From assembly GCA_013265495.1 (NCBI GenBank), contig MU061579.1:4178327-4242326 (forward strand): 64,000 bases of DNA, given 5' to 3'. A program made the position numbers and the translations under genes. The stretch is from Vicugna vicugna (taxonomy: Eukaryota). Position 1 is the stretch's first letter; the number at the start of each line of letters is the position of its first letter. The notes below the pieces were generated by a model, which saw only the letters and a list, made by a program, of their open reading frames with translations, did no database searches and was not told the origin of the DNA. Shown here in pieces: positions 52,270 to 64,000 of the stretch.

Positions 52270-55200
52270 GTTTTGAGGATGGAAATAAGGTCTGAGAAAC
52301 AAGATATTTAACCTGTGTATTATTGGAAGGTACACAGAAAGACGTTCTTGTTAGACTTCATTCCTTACTCTAGGGAAGACTGTTTGTTTGACTATAACCA
52401 AGTCAATAAATGAAAGAACTAGACTAAATGTTTTTCTGGCTATAATTTGAATCTATGCCTCTATGGCTGCTAAAGTAATTCTATGACATTTGGGACATCT
52501 GTTCACTTTTTCCTTGGGGCTGTTGTTTTGACTGTGTCTGGGTCACTTTAAAATAATTCTGAATAAATTAGCTTTATTCTATGCACTAGGGAGGTTAGTC
52601 AGCATTTGAAGCATCTTAATCAGGATACAATCCAGAAATGGTTAGGTAGTTTTTGAAAGACCTATTCAGGTGCCTTACTCCAAGATGGAAAGGGAAATTT
52701 TAAAATATCATGTTCCATATTTGTGTCTAGGGATTTACCAAATGGCATAAGGGATGTTAAAAACTATTTTCCATTGATCAGACTATATTGTTATAGAATT
52801 TGCTAGAAAGATGATTCAGGTTCCAGTTTACAAACAGGGCATGAGAGTTCAGCAAGACCAGAAATAGCCTTCTGAATGATGGTATAGATCCTGAGTTTGT
52901 TTGTTCAGAGCCCCAGAACTTCACCCTCATGGAAATTGTCATTGTGCTATGATCAGAGAGCAAGGACTTCCCTAAGCTTATATCAAAAGATGAAGCAACT
53001 GTTTTTGTGCTTGGTTTTTACTTAATGGTTGTCTTTTTGACAGAATTTAGTCAAAATTTTAATTTCAATATAGCATGTCAACTCCTAGCAAGATATGCAA
53101 AAGGAGAAAAATAGCCTCTACCTCTTTCTAATTCTGGGGTCTCTTGACTTTCTTCAGAGTAACCTGACAATTCCAAGCCTCATTTAAAGCAGTTTTCAAC
53201 GGGTCCCAGTGTAAGAGTTTTGCATGTAATAAAGCTTATATGACTTCAAAAAGATAACACATAAACAGAGTATGTGTGTTAATGAAGTGAGAATGCTTTT
53301 TGTCTCCATATTTGAAATATAGTATTCTACAAACCCTAAGTCTGCCAAGGAGTTATGTTCTTTAATCATCTGTAAAGCTATGAACCCTGTATGCCAGGTA
53401 CCAGGCCATTTTTCCCAAGAAGGCTTAGTAAACATTGGCTCCATGAAGTCAACCTTAGTTATTTAAAAGTGTCTAGTCATATCTGAATCAAGTATCATTT
53501 TCAAATATGACATTCCACTCAAAACTTTGGTTACAAACCAATGTTTCCAATTATGTTCAGCTAACAAGGAGTCCAGATTCTTGTTGAACCCATGCCAATA
53601 ATTATATTGCCATGTAAATAAGAATATAGGAAATTCCAAATTCTGGAGGGATCCAGCAGGGAGTAAAACATTTATGTTTTTCTCCCATTTACAAAATGCA
53701 TAGTATATTAAAAATTGTATAAGTTATAAATAGCTTAAGAGAAAAATTCCTTATTTCCATAAAATTGAGCATTAAAACATCAGTAATATTCCAAAAGAAA
53801 CCCATAATCACCCCTCCTCCTTTCTTTCAGTCCTATGAAACGAATTCTTGCTTCACCCATCTTGGGTTGGCAATCTAATGAATCCATAACCTTCTCAATT
53901 AGAATTCTAGAAACCCTGACTCCATACAGTTGTAGGATCTCCAAGTTATTTAAGCAGCATCATCAGAAACCTGTGCCCAAAAGTATGTGGTGTAGTCCTT
54001 ACCATGGGTCTCTGATAAAGCCCTTTTTTGTTGAAGCTGAAGCACTCTGGCCGATGGCTGATTGCAAGCACTATCGTTGAAGTATCAGAGTAAAACTCTC
54101 CGCAGATTACTAAAGTGTTAAAGTGACTGATGGAGGCTTATTACAAAAATAAGGCAATTATTGAGGAAATCTGGTTGTTTCTATGACATGCAACATTTTA
54201 AAAAATAACTGAAATTATGACTGATAACACTCTACTGTTGACTAATATCAGGCAAAGCACCATCAGGACTCTGATAAATATAAACATCATGAACAGCAAG
54301 GACATTGTCAGATCTCTCACCTCATACACTTTCTGAAATATTTATATTTAACAACATTTTACCTATACAGATTTAACCTAGGGAAGGTTAGCAGCTCTTC
54401 TGAGATAACAACACTTCCCACACATCTCATAACATATCAAATAAACCTAATTATTTTTAGCACCTCTCTTTCTAAAAAGTGAAAGAACAAATCCTTTGTG
54501 ATTTGTTCCAGGAGCCCTTTAGGAAATCTCAAAGACAGTATTAGGTACCAAAAATATCATTTAAGATTTGATTTGGGGAAGGCAAAATGACAAAAGTTGT
54601 TAAATTGCATTGCCAAAGTGACAATAAAAGACTTTAAAAGTAAACAAGGGAGGTAACATAATTGTAAAAAAAAAAAAAAGACAAAAAACATTAGCTTCTT
54701 TTTTAAAAGTGCAAAGACTTTGTTCTTCTAAATAATCAAGGACATGATAAAGTCAACATAAAGCACAGGAAACTATTCTGATAAGATACAGAATCTCTGC
54801 CTTCCAGGCAGATAACTCATAAGATAAAGAAAATCTTTTTACAAACTCTTGATAATTAGAGACCAGTAATCTAAGAAAATTTTGTCATTTTAACAAATAG
54901 AAAACATAAATTGAGTTTTTTATGAGTATAACATTTCACACTAAATCTCATTTAAAAATCTTAGAAATAAACCCATCAAACATTAGCAAATAAAAATCCC
55001 CTTTTTGCAAACTCTCTATAGCTTTCCGTATTCATTCAGGTATTTTTTACACTTGCATCTTTCTCATTCTGGAATAAATACTTAATTTACTTTAGGGAAA
55101 AAATAATCTTTTTTAAAAATAAAAACATATCTGCATACTGTGTATACTTAATTTAGCATAAGTCTAAGGTTTTAAATTACTAAAAATGGTTGAAAACTAT

Positions 55201-56586
55201 CTGCTGGCTAACATACTCCACAACATAATTGCTATTGGAATACAATTTTTCAGAATAAGTTAAATTTTTTATCTTTCTGAGGATTTTATGAATATTCAGT
55301 TTATATAATACATGTTTAATTATCTCTAAACCAATTATAAAAGAGCTCTTTGAAGGAGGTTATATAATATAATTTGGTAATACCATCTGAAGGTAAGAAA
55401 ATGCTACATATGCACATACACAAAGAGACAATAGTAGAGAGGTTATAGCTTCAATTCTAAAATCTTACCTATGTTTCAGTCATAAACAAACAAACAAACA
55501 AAAAATCCAAAACTTACTAGTTTGTATGAGAGAGCTGACTCTTGTTCTTTCCTCGCCTTTACACTTTACATTTTTACCAGGAATGTTTTTTTCTGGAAGA
55601 TGATACAAGTTGATTTTACCTGTTCCCAGCCAATAATTTCTGAGAAAACCTTTAAGAGTTCATTTGCCATGATAATTCTTTTTTGGAAAATATGGGCAAA
55701 GAACTGAGGAGAAACCAAGAGGCCATCTGGGTGTCTCCAAAGCCCATCTTTTTGGGTAAAACATTGCTTCCAACCAGCTTTTTCAGCCTCTGATGGTTGA
55801 ATAGGAGACATTAGGAAATTGACAGGCTGGGATAGAAAGAGAAAGGTCTGGCAAGGGTGGGTAGAAGGGTGGAGTAGGTTGAGGTGCTAAAAGGATCAGA
55901 CAAAGGATACAAGGGAGTTGGAGGAAAGATAGAAGACAAAGGAGAAGAAGAGAGGAAGGAGGGATGATGGGAAAAGATAGGCTTAGATAAGCCAGTGTGG
56001 GGACATCTCAAGTTTACCAAAAATGCAATTGGAATTCTAAATTGCCTTTGGTGGAAGTTGCCGTTACTAGGAGATACTAGACTGAATTAGTGCTGTAACA
56101 GCAAAGCATATATAGTCAGTGGGAGAAGAGGAAGGAAGGTGCCAAATACAGTGAGACTTAACCATGGGATTTACAGATAGTTACACCAAAGAGAGAAATG
56201 AAAGAAAAAAATCTATAAAGAACTTGGGAAGAGAATTCTACTTGACTAATTTCCTCACAATCCCTGGGACAGAGAGCGAAGGGAACCCCTTAGGGAATCT
56301 CTGAGATGAAAGGAAAGGTGGAAATGCCCTGCACAATCTCCAAGTGTGGGGAACCTAGGAAAAACTGAAGAGGCTTCAGAGAAGGGGCAAAAATAATAAT
56401 CGATTTGACTGAAAAAATTAAACTCCTTACCACGCTGCAACAGACAATATGCCTGGAACACTATTTTGAGAATTGAATTTGGCGAAAGAGCTGAGAATCA
56501 TGTAGCAGCAGAGGAGTTAAAGGACCCACAAAGGCACCATAACCTGTAAGGGGATGGTGGGAGTCCATAGGGGAGGCCCAATCTCC
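52270..56586 (-). mobile_element. ERV1 (MER31/MER4-group-like) internal region, degraded
   Basis: Follows the LTR and PBS on the minus strand. pol/IN-like relic in ORF 55566-55811 (EAEKAGWK..KDGLWRHPDGLLVSP); AT-rich MER4-group-type internal wording at 53200-55400. Left boundary uncertain. Confidence 0.7.
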
Positions 56587-56604
56587 ATCCAAGTTATAGC
56601 ACCA
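56587..56604 (-). other. Retroviral primer-binding site, tRNA-His type
   Basis: Minus strand TGGTGCTATAACTTGGAT versus His PBS TGGTGCCGTGACTCGGAT: 14/18, all transitions, three at CpG positions. Lies ~6 nt inside the LTR end. Confidence 0.75.
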
Positions 56605-56610
56605 GCAACT

Positions 56611-57260
56611 TCCAAATAAAGAACAAACTTGGGACCTAGATAAGGAGAGACTTCATTGGAAAGGCTTATTGCAAAACAGGGGAAAGGGACTTTTGCAATA
56701 GGAGGAGAGAGTCTATTGCAATAGGGAGAATTTCTGGCCAAGAGATCTGCCAGCATTGCACAGATGAGGCAGAAAGGGGTTTTTGTTTTATTGAGTTTAT
56801 TTTTTTTATTAAAAGACTACAGAACTGGGCTTGTGAATGTGGTATGAGCAAGGATGATGTGATTGGATGGTAGGTCAGTGACTGTTTCACGCTAAAAACC
56901 AGCCTGTTCTTAAGAGAGGCCATTAGGGAAGGATTGCTAGATGTTCATGCTGAGAGTGAGTCAAAGTTCAGGGTATGGAGAGTGGTAGAGAATCTTAACC
57001 AAAGTTCAGCTGACAAGCATTTAGTTCTGACTGATCAGTGGAGCCAAAGCAGTCCAGCTATTCATTTAAAAGGCAACAAGTGGGAATTTTTATATCTGCG
57101 TCTGTTCTAAGTAAGCAAAGGAGACCTCTGTGAATTTTACCTCAGTCAGATGGAGAATAGTGCTTCTTTATAGTAGCCATGTCTGGGAACACGAAAAGGT
57201 GACAGTTTCATTAATCCTTGCATTTTCCAGGATCACAAGACCCAGTAAATTTCACCCTCA
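56611..57260 (-). mobile_element. ERV1 5' LTR, MER31-like
   Basis: Repeated (ta/tt)ttgcaatag motifs, ggagagactt, ttaaccaaagtt, tgatcagtgg and ttccaggatcacaagacccagtaaatttca match recalled MER31 in reverse. Confidence 0.8.
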
Positions 57261-58525
57261 GTCCTGCTGCCATAGATGTCATTGTTCTTAGGCCATCTGT
57301 ATTAGTGTTCTTCCCTCTGTCAAGGGGAAATCTTACATGTCCGTTAGAACAAGAAGAATAAATTGGACACTAAGCTGTTAAAGCGTGTCCTGCTTCTACT
57401 AAGGAAAACTTAGTATCTTAAATATCTTAAGGAAACTCCCTGTCTTTAAATGTCACTCTCTGCAGTATGATTTCCCGAAGTTAAAATCAAACAAGGTCAT
57501 TTGCTCATTTACATATCCTGACTTGTGCCTTACAGATTATAGACTTAATGGCATTTGGGGAAAGCTGGTGTGGTGTATCTTACGGATGGAGTAGATAGCA
57601 TGGATACAGAATAGGAAACCTAAACAAATGATGAAACGTTTAAATTTACTATGGAGGTATCACAAGCCCTGAGGATGAAGTCGGGTTACATTCTAGAATA
57701 TCAGTTAACAATCAAATGGAAAGATAAGATGAGAAGGTAAGATGGACGTGGGTCCAGTTTTGTGCTGAGCGTGAACAGACACAAGAGCAATACAGTGTAG
57801 TTTAATAAGACCTGATTAAGTGCATGATATTTGCAAGAAAATTATTAGGCCATGTAAGGCCAAGAATAAAATATAGATGTTTAAACTGTGGGATGGAACC
57901 ATACGTAGAAATAGGGTTTAAGGATATAGGCAAGCACGTGAGTTAAGTTTAAATTTGGTTACAAAATAGGTAGGAGTCAAGTAACTGACATGAGGACTGT
58001 GACTAGAGGTCAAAGGTTCGAAACAGGTGGTGCATCTCTACACAGGTGGTCAAAGCATGACCATGGCCAAGCCAACTGTTTGTTTTGTTTATGAGTTTTA
58101 ATAATAATTATATTTCTTTTCAGAGGGAGCCAGACTGGTTAGTTACCCTTAATTTCAGAAAAAGATAGTACAATGTAGGGGAATATTTAGAGTTATCAAA
58201 CTTGACATTTGCTTATCATTTAAACGTTTGATATTTTATTTTTCAGACACTTATTCCTTATATTCGCAAGTAATTGAAATTGACATGATGATTTAATATG
58301 CAACATCAAGCAAGATTCTTTCAATGTAATGTGTTAACCAAGTTAACCAAAAAAGATAGCCATTTGATTTGTTTCACTCTTCTTAACAAGTCAACATTTT
58401 TTTCCCTATGAGAAAAAGATCTGTCACCAGTTTGAACAATTTGAAAGTTCCATGCTCCATAGTAATACCGTAAAGTTTAGTTTAAGGACAAGCCATGATT
58501 ATATTCCCAAATGCCATGCCTACTG

Positions 58526-58615
58526 CCTCTCTCTCTCACTCTTTCCCTCCCTCCTTCTCTCCCTCTCCCCCTCTCTCTTTCTCTCTCCTCTCCTACACGC
58601 TTTCCTCTCTCTTTC
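58526..58615. repeat. CT-rich polypyrimidine tract
   Basis: Read directly; accounts for ORFs 58452-58702. Confidence 0.9.
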
Positions 58616-60139
58616 AAATCCGAGCAAGAAAATTTAGGAGATAAATTTAACATAAATTTACTAACCGTCTTCTTTCTGTCTTGCATTGTTAACTTCTGCT
58701 GAATACAGATAAGATGCTGGAAAAAAGACCTGGTCTCCAGGAGCTAGCAGTTTATTGTGTAGCATTGTATCTCTTTTACTTGATTTTCTCTAATAACGTA
58801 CCTTTCCTAGAACCATTAAAAAATTCATCTGCAGGAAGACTGTTTATTTTCTACTTTTATTCTCAAAAGTATTTTTTTTAAATTAATGCCACTGGACCAG
58901 CCTCTATAATGTTTTACAAGAATGTGACTTGATATATTATGTTTAAAAGGCAATTTGAAGGCCAGAACAAGAGTTAGAAGAAAGTAGCAACAGCCTAATG
59001 CATCCTGATCTCTTCCTCGCCTGGGGAAATACAGGCCCTGGTTCCTATTCCCAAATTTTCTGGCAGCATAAAGAAGTAGTCACAGTACTACTTGTCTACC
59101 ACCTACTGGAGAATAGGAGGAATCAAAGGAAGAGATGGGTTATGTGATTCCAGAGCACACCCAGGAGACTATGGAGCTACTGCTGTCACATACACAAGGC
59201 TCTACTCTATTGGAGACATGGGGCCTTAAGCAGAAAGGTTATTTAAACCCCAAAGCATAAATGAAACAGTTGGAAATGGAAAAATCCAATAAGCCAAAAG
59301 GCTGAGCTAACCTGTCTGGCGGAGCGTAGAACGTGGCAGCTTTTGGCAGAAGCAGTGAATTCTGAGCTTTATGTCAGTGTTATAAATTTTACTTCCCTTT
59401 TAATATCTCTATCAAAACCTTGCCCAGATAAATTGTAAATCAGTTGACCAAGGTAATTTACTTATCCTGAGTCGGATGTTTGTGTATGGTAATTTTGCCT
59501 CCAGAAAAGGAAATGGCCTGCTTGTGGCTTCCTACCCGTTTGGCAGGCAGGAGGAAAACATCAGCTCACTGGCCAGTAATGCAGTCGCAAGAGTAAATGT
59601 GGGGCAGCAATTTAGAGGAGGCAAGAGGAAGGGATGAGGAGCTTTACCCTCCCAGTGGGAAAGAGATGTTGCTGGATTGGCAGGAGTTTCTCCGAGGATT
59701 AAACGAATTTGTTCTGATGGCAACCAGGTCACAATAATTACTCCCACCACTCTGTAGCTTTTCAGTTGCCATTACCCTCCTGTGGCAGCTTATGGAAAAA
59801 AGTTGGCATAAAAATTAAGGGCACTGATTATTGTAACTAGGTAAATAAAGGGATAACAATTTTACTCAATTAAAGGCCTTGGCAAAGTGGCCCAAAGTAA
59901 GCCACAAAGGAAATCAACACACAATGCCATCTTATACAAATGTCTGAATTTACATTCACAAAGTTGGAATGTGGTCATTTTGGCCAAAGCCAAACTCTTC
60001 AGAGGTAAAGAATCAGTGCTCATAAAAGTAAATACATCAAGAGGTGATGACAATTTTAAATGGCAAGCAAAAAGATCAGAAGCTTTGTGTTCTTAATTTG
60101 TACCTTCTTAATAAATCTGTTATCATTTTAGTTGGAAAA

Positions 60140-60250
60140 GGCAACTTAGAAGGCAAAGACTTGGACCATTTTGTTTACTAGCATATCCCTAGCATCTGGA
60201 GCTATTCCTGGATTCAAAAGGGCTCATAAAACTTTTGTGAATGAATAGGT
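60140..60250 (+). mobile_element. L2 3'-end fragment
   Basis: gaaggcaaagact..ttttgtttactagcatatccctagcatctggagc...gctcataaaacttttgtgaatgaat. Confidence 0.65.
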
Positions 60251-61339
60251 GACTTATTATGTAATAGATGACTAAATGAATGAAGAATAGAACTGTTCAA
60301 AATTTCCCTTGAAAATCCTGAAATATGAGTAGGGGATACTAATCATATTAAGCCTAGATATTACAGTACTTGGTGGTGTCTTTCTAATGATTCAATTTTC
60401 ATATTAGAAGGCCACATTAAAATATAGTCACAACACAAAACATGACTACATAGCTCTTTTATTGTGATTGCAGAAAATGCGTCTTGAAAGTGATAATGTG
60501 TTTTTCACCTCTGTACACCTGTCTACCTCTTCTGTCCCTTCTGTCTTAGTTCTCTTCATCCTCACTTGCTTACATTCCATTTTGGGCTATTTAGTTTTTC
60601 CTCTTTCTTTCATTTCACCTTTTCTCTGTTCTCTTCCCTCTTCCCATTTATATTCCATCTTTCTCCACTTTATTCAGAATTTTATCAAAAGTTCTCCCTG
60701 AGCAAGGAGACATATCACATTACTCACTCTACCTCTAAATGACTATGACCATTAAACATTGGTTCTGCTGCCTCCTTGGCCTGGCATCTCTTCCTGCCAT
60801 TCTTTTCTCTCCGATCACTTACTCATGCTAGAGGACATCACAAAACTATTTTCTCTAAACAACTTTCACCAATCCCATCAGAGAGAGTTGATAATTACCT
60901 TCCTTTGAGGCTTCACCATAAAGTAAAAACCTCTTCCAGCACCTATCACACATCATTAGTAGGTATTTTTTTGTCTCTTCTCAGTTTGTAACCTCTTAAG
61001 AGTATTGGTTATAACACATTTATCTTATATCCACAGTTCTGGGCACAAAGTGCTCAATATTTGAATAGATGAATGAAAACATGAAGGAATTGAGAGCTGA
61101 GATTTGGTGAACATGTATGCTTTATATTAATAGATACTTACACAAAAATCTGAGTCACTCTGTTTTTATAACATTAAACAAATTAAAATTGAATGCATTA
61201 TTTAAATCCTAAATAAATACAAAAATAATTTGCTAAAATTCAAATGAGACAAATGTGACTTATCCAAAGATGCCTTCTCTTCATCTTTTATTTTTTTCTA
61301 ACTGGCACAATTTGCTCATGGAAATGTGTGTATATGTTA

Positions 61340-61380
61340 TATGTATATATATATATATACACACACACACATATATATGT
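61340..61380. repeat. (TA)n(CA)n microsatellite
   Basis: Read directly. Confidence 0.9.
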
Positions 61381-61989
61381 AAGCTAAAATCTACATATGA
61401 AAAGCTTTATAGAAACTGAAATAATACTTTCACAATATTAACTGTGAATATATGTGTGTAATGTGATCGATTAACTTGGATCCTAACTAGAATTTATTTC
61501 ACTACATAGCATTATTGTCTTTTTCTATTCATTTCATCCTGTCTTGTATTTTCTGGACCCATTTCATTCAGTGCCAGTGAATCTGATTGGACTGTAAAAC
61601 ATGAAATGTGTAGCATCAAAACACAGCTGGAGCCAATGCCATTCTTTAGCCAGCTGGCATGAGCCATTGCTGTAGAAAGCAGCTGACTTCTGTTTTGGTA
61701 GAGTAAGCATTCCAGCGTGTGCTGCTTGTAATTCACTCATCACCCAACAAACAAATTAGTCTAGAGAAGAAATCTGTCAGCCACTGAGAGGAATGGGATT
61801 GATTGATAAAGAAGCTGTCACTACTCCCTGCTTATGGTACATAGTGTGCTTCTCATGCTTTTAGCAAAGCAGTTTACACCATTTGTAGTACTTTCATCCT
61901 CAAGGCAAGACTTGAAAATTTTTAGGACTCGAGGAAGAAGGGGGTAGAGAAAATCTTGGGCAATGGACTTGATCTATATAACTATGCAT

Positions 61990-62289
61990 ATCTATCTATC
62001 TGTCTGTCTGTCTATCTATCAACCTACCTACCTGTCTAGACATGTATCTATGCATCTGTATATGTATTTATCTATCCATTTATTCCTACATCCATCCTTA
62101 ATTCATCTATCCATCTAGTTCTTCACTTACCCAGCTACATTTCTCTCTCCCATCTATGCACCTCTTATCTGTTTTTTATATCAATCTGTGTATAGCTCTA
62201 TCTATCCATTTATTTTTCCAACTCTCCTCCATCTCTTCATGTATCAGTAGCTCTGTATCAGTCTAAAATATATTATCTATCTATCTATA

Positions 62290-62325
<36 letters not shown>

Positions 62326-62330
62326 TCATC
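61990..62330. repeat. Degenerate (TCTA)/(TCTG)/(TCCA) tetranucleotide repeat region
   Basis: Read directly; purest block at 62276-62327. Confidence 0.9.
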
Positions 62331-62876
62331 TTTCTCCATAATGTAATATCAGGGATAGAGTTCCACTCAACCTTTGCTTAAATTTCACCAGGAATGCAAA
62401 ACTTACAATTCTACCAGGTAGCCAAGTCTCTAATTCTCCACATCTAGTGACTTAGAAGTTAACTGCATTTTAATAATCTCCATTTGTTAGTCATGGCTTT
62501 GCTCTCCAGAAAATGTAAAATGAGTCTATTACCACTTCCATCTGAAAAAAAAAAAAATCTCCAGATTTTTGAAGAAAGCCAGTCTTTTTTATCCAGCACT
62601 TTTGCTCACTGGCCTAAATAAACCCCCTTCTTACAGGATGCAGTTTTCTAGCATTATATACTACAATGATCCTTTCCTGTACACTCACAAAGTTTGTCAC
62701 TATCCCTTTTACTTAAATTATTGTGCAATATTTAGAAATAAACAGATCTTAGAACTGTGAGTTGTATTGGATTTATTCTCTAAATATTGAGACTAATACA
62801 TGATTATCAAGCTTGAAAATACCACTTTTCATGTAATATTATTTGTTAATTGCTATTTAATAAATTGTTACAATCT

Positions 62877-63879
62877 ATAAACAGCTCATATAACTTAATA
62901 AGAAAAAACAAACAACCCAATCCAAAAATGGGCAAAAGACCTAAAGAAGCAATTCTCCAGTGAAGACATACAAATGACCAATAGGTACATGAAAAAATGC
63001 TCAGTATCACTAATTATCAGACAAATGCAAATCAAAACTACAATGAGGTATCACCTCACACTAGTCAGAATCACCATCATTAAAAAGTCCACTAATGATA
63101 AATGCTGGAGAGGGCATGGAGAAAAGGGAACCCTCCTACACTGCTGGTAGGAATGTCATTTGGTGCAGTCATTATGGGAAACAGTATGAAAATTCTTCAA
63201 AAACTAAAAACAGACTTAGCATATGATCCAGCAATCCCACTCCTGGCTATATATCTGGAGGGAACTCTAATTTGAAAAGATACATGCACCCCAGTGTTCA
63301 TAGCAGCACTGTGTACAATAGCTAAGACATAGAAACAACCTAAATGTCCATTGACAGATGACTGGATAAAGAAGTTGTGGTATATTTACACGATGGAATA
63401 CTACTCATCCATAAAAAAGAATAAAATAATGTCATTTGCAACAACATGGATAGACCTAGAGACCATCATTCTAAGTGATGTAAGCCAGAAAGAGAAAGAA
63501 AAATACCATATGATATCACTCATATGTGGAATCTAAAAAAAAGTAAAAACAAAGAGGACACTCATGAACTCATCTACAAAACAGAAACAGACTCACAGAC
63601 ATAGTAAACAATCTTATGGTTACTGGGGAAAAGGGTGGGAAGGGATAAATTTGGGAGTTTGAAATTTGTAAATGTTAGCCACTGTATTTCAACATAGATT
63701 TTTAAAAAAGTTTCTTCTGTATAGTACAGGGAACTATATCCAATATCTTGTAATAATCCTTAATGAAAAAGAATATGAAAATGAATATATATATGTGTAT
63801 GTGCGTGACTGGGACATTGTGCTGTATAACAGAAACTGAAACATTTTAATTGACTGCATGTCAGTAAAAAATAAAATAA
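62877..63879 (+). mobile_element. 5'-truncated L1 (~1 kb) inserted into an MLT1 LTR
   Basis: ORF 63351-63536 is the ORF2 end; 3'UTR and (AAAAT)n tail follow. TSD aataaatt(g/a)tta(c/t)aatct at 62859-62876 and 63880-63897. Confidence 0.95.
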
Positions 63880-64000
63880 AATAAATTATTATAATCTTAG
63901 CAGCTTAAGATAATGCACAGTTGTTATCTCACAGTTTCTGTGAGTCAGGAATCTAGGCTCAGCTTAGCTAGACCCTCTGCTAGGATATCACAAGGCTGCC
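63880..64000 (-). mobile_element. MLT1 (MaLR) LTR, continues past the window end; first part at ~62835-62876
   Basis: cttagcagcttaa...ttatctcacagtttctgtgagtcaggaatctaggctcagcttagct...tcacaaggctgc. Confidence 0.8.

Noticed and set aside
58123..58269. Two possible microexons (agggagccagactg|gttagt and acacttattccttatattcgcaa|gtaatt)
   Set aside because: Weak donors, very short and frame-shifting lengths; cannot be supported without RNA data.
59095..59112. CTCF-like motif (taccacctactgg)
   Set aside because: Only a partial match to the core; not supportable without PWM scoring or ChIP data.
1..64000. A novel multi-gene system, prokaryotic/viral insert or NUMT
   Set aside because: No long intact ORFs, operon-like density, CpG island or mitochondrial-like segment was seen; the content is consistent with ordinary mammalian intronic or intergenic DNA.

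Overview
AT-rich, gene-poor eutherian nuclear DNA, either a large intron or intergenic sequence. It is probably camelid: two tRNA-Ala-derived Vic-1-type SINEs and cetartiodactyl-type L1 3' ends are present, and no Alu, B1/B2, BovB/Bov-tA or PRE-1 was recognised. No complete protein-coding gene, real RNA gene or CRISPR array is visible, and almost every ORF in the track is L1/ERV debris or chance. One plausible coding exon (2242-2388, +) belongs to a gene I cannot name. The rest is layered transposon sequence (L2, MIR, MER58/MER5, MLT1/MLT2/LTR16, an ERV1 proviral remnant with a His PBS, a solo LTR, several L1s and SINEs) plus TE-free blocks that may be regulatory. The most unusual structures are: (i) a 111-bp L1 3'-end insert flanked by a 157-bp direct duplication, about ten times the usual target-site duplication (TSD); (ii) its host, an L1 with intact ends and a perfect TSD that lacks the whole RT domain and most of its 5'UTR; (iii) a twin-priming-type inverted L1 with a divergent ~44-bp overlap at the breakpoint. 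I see no evidence for a new multi-gene system. Repeat family names come from recalled consensus sequences, not a database search, and boundaries of old repeats are approximate.
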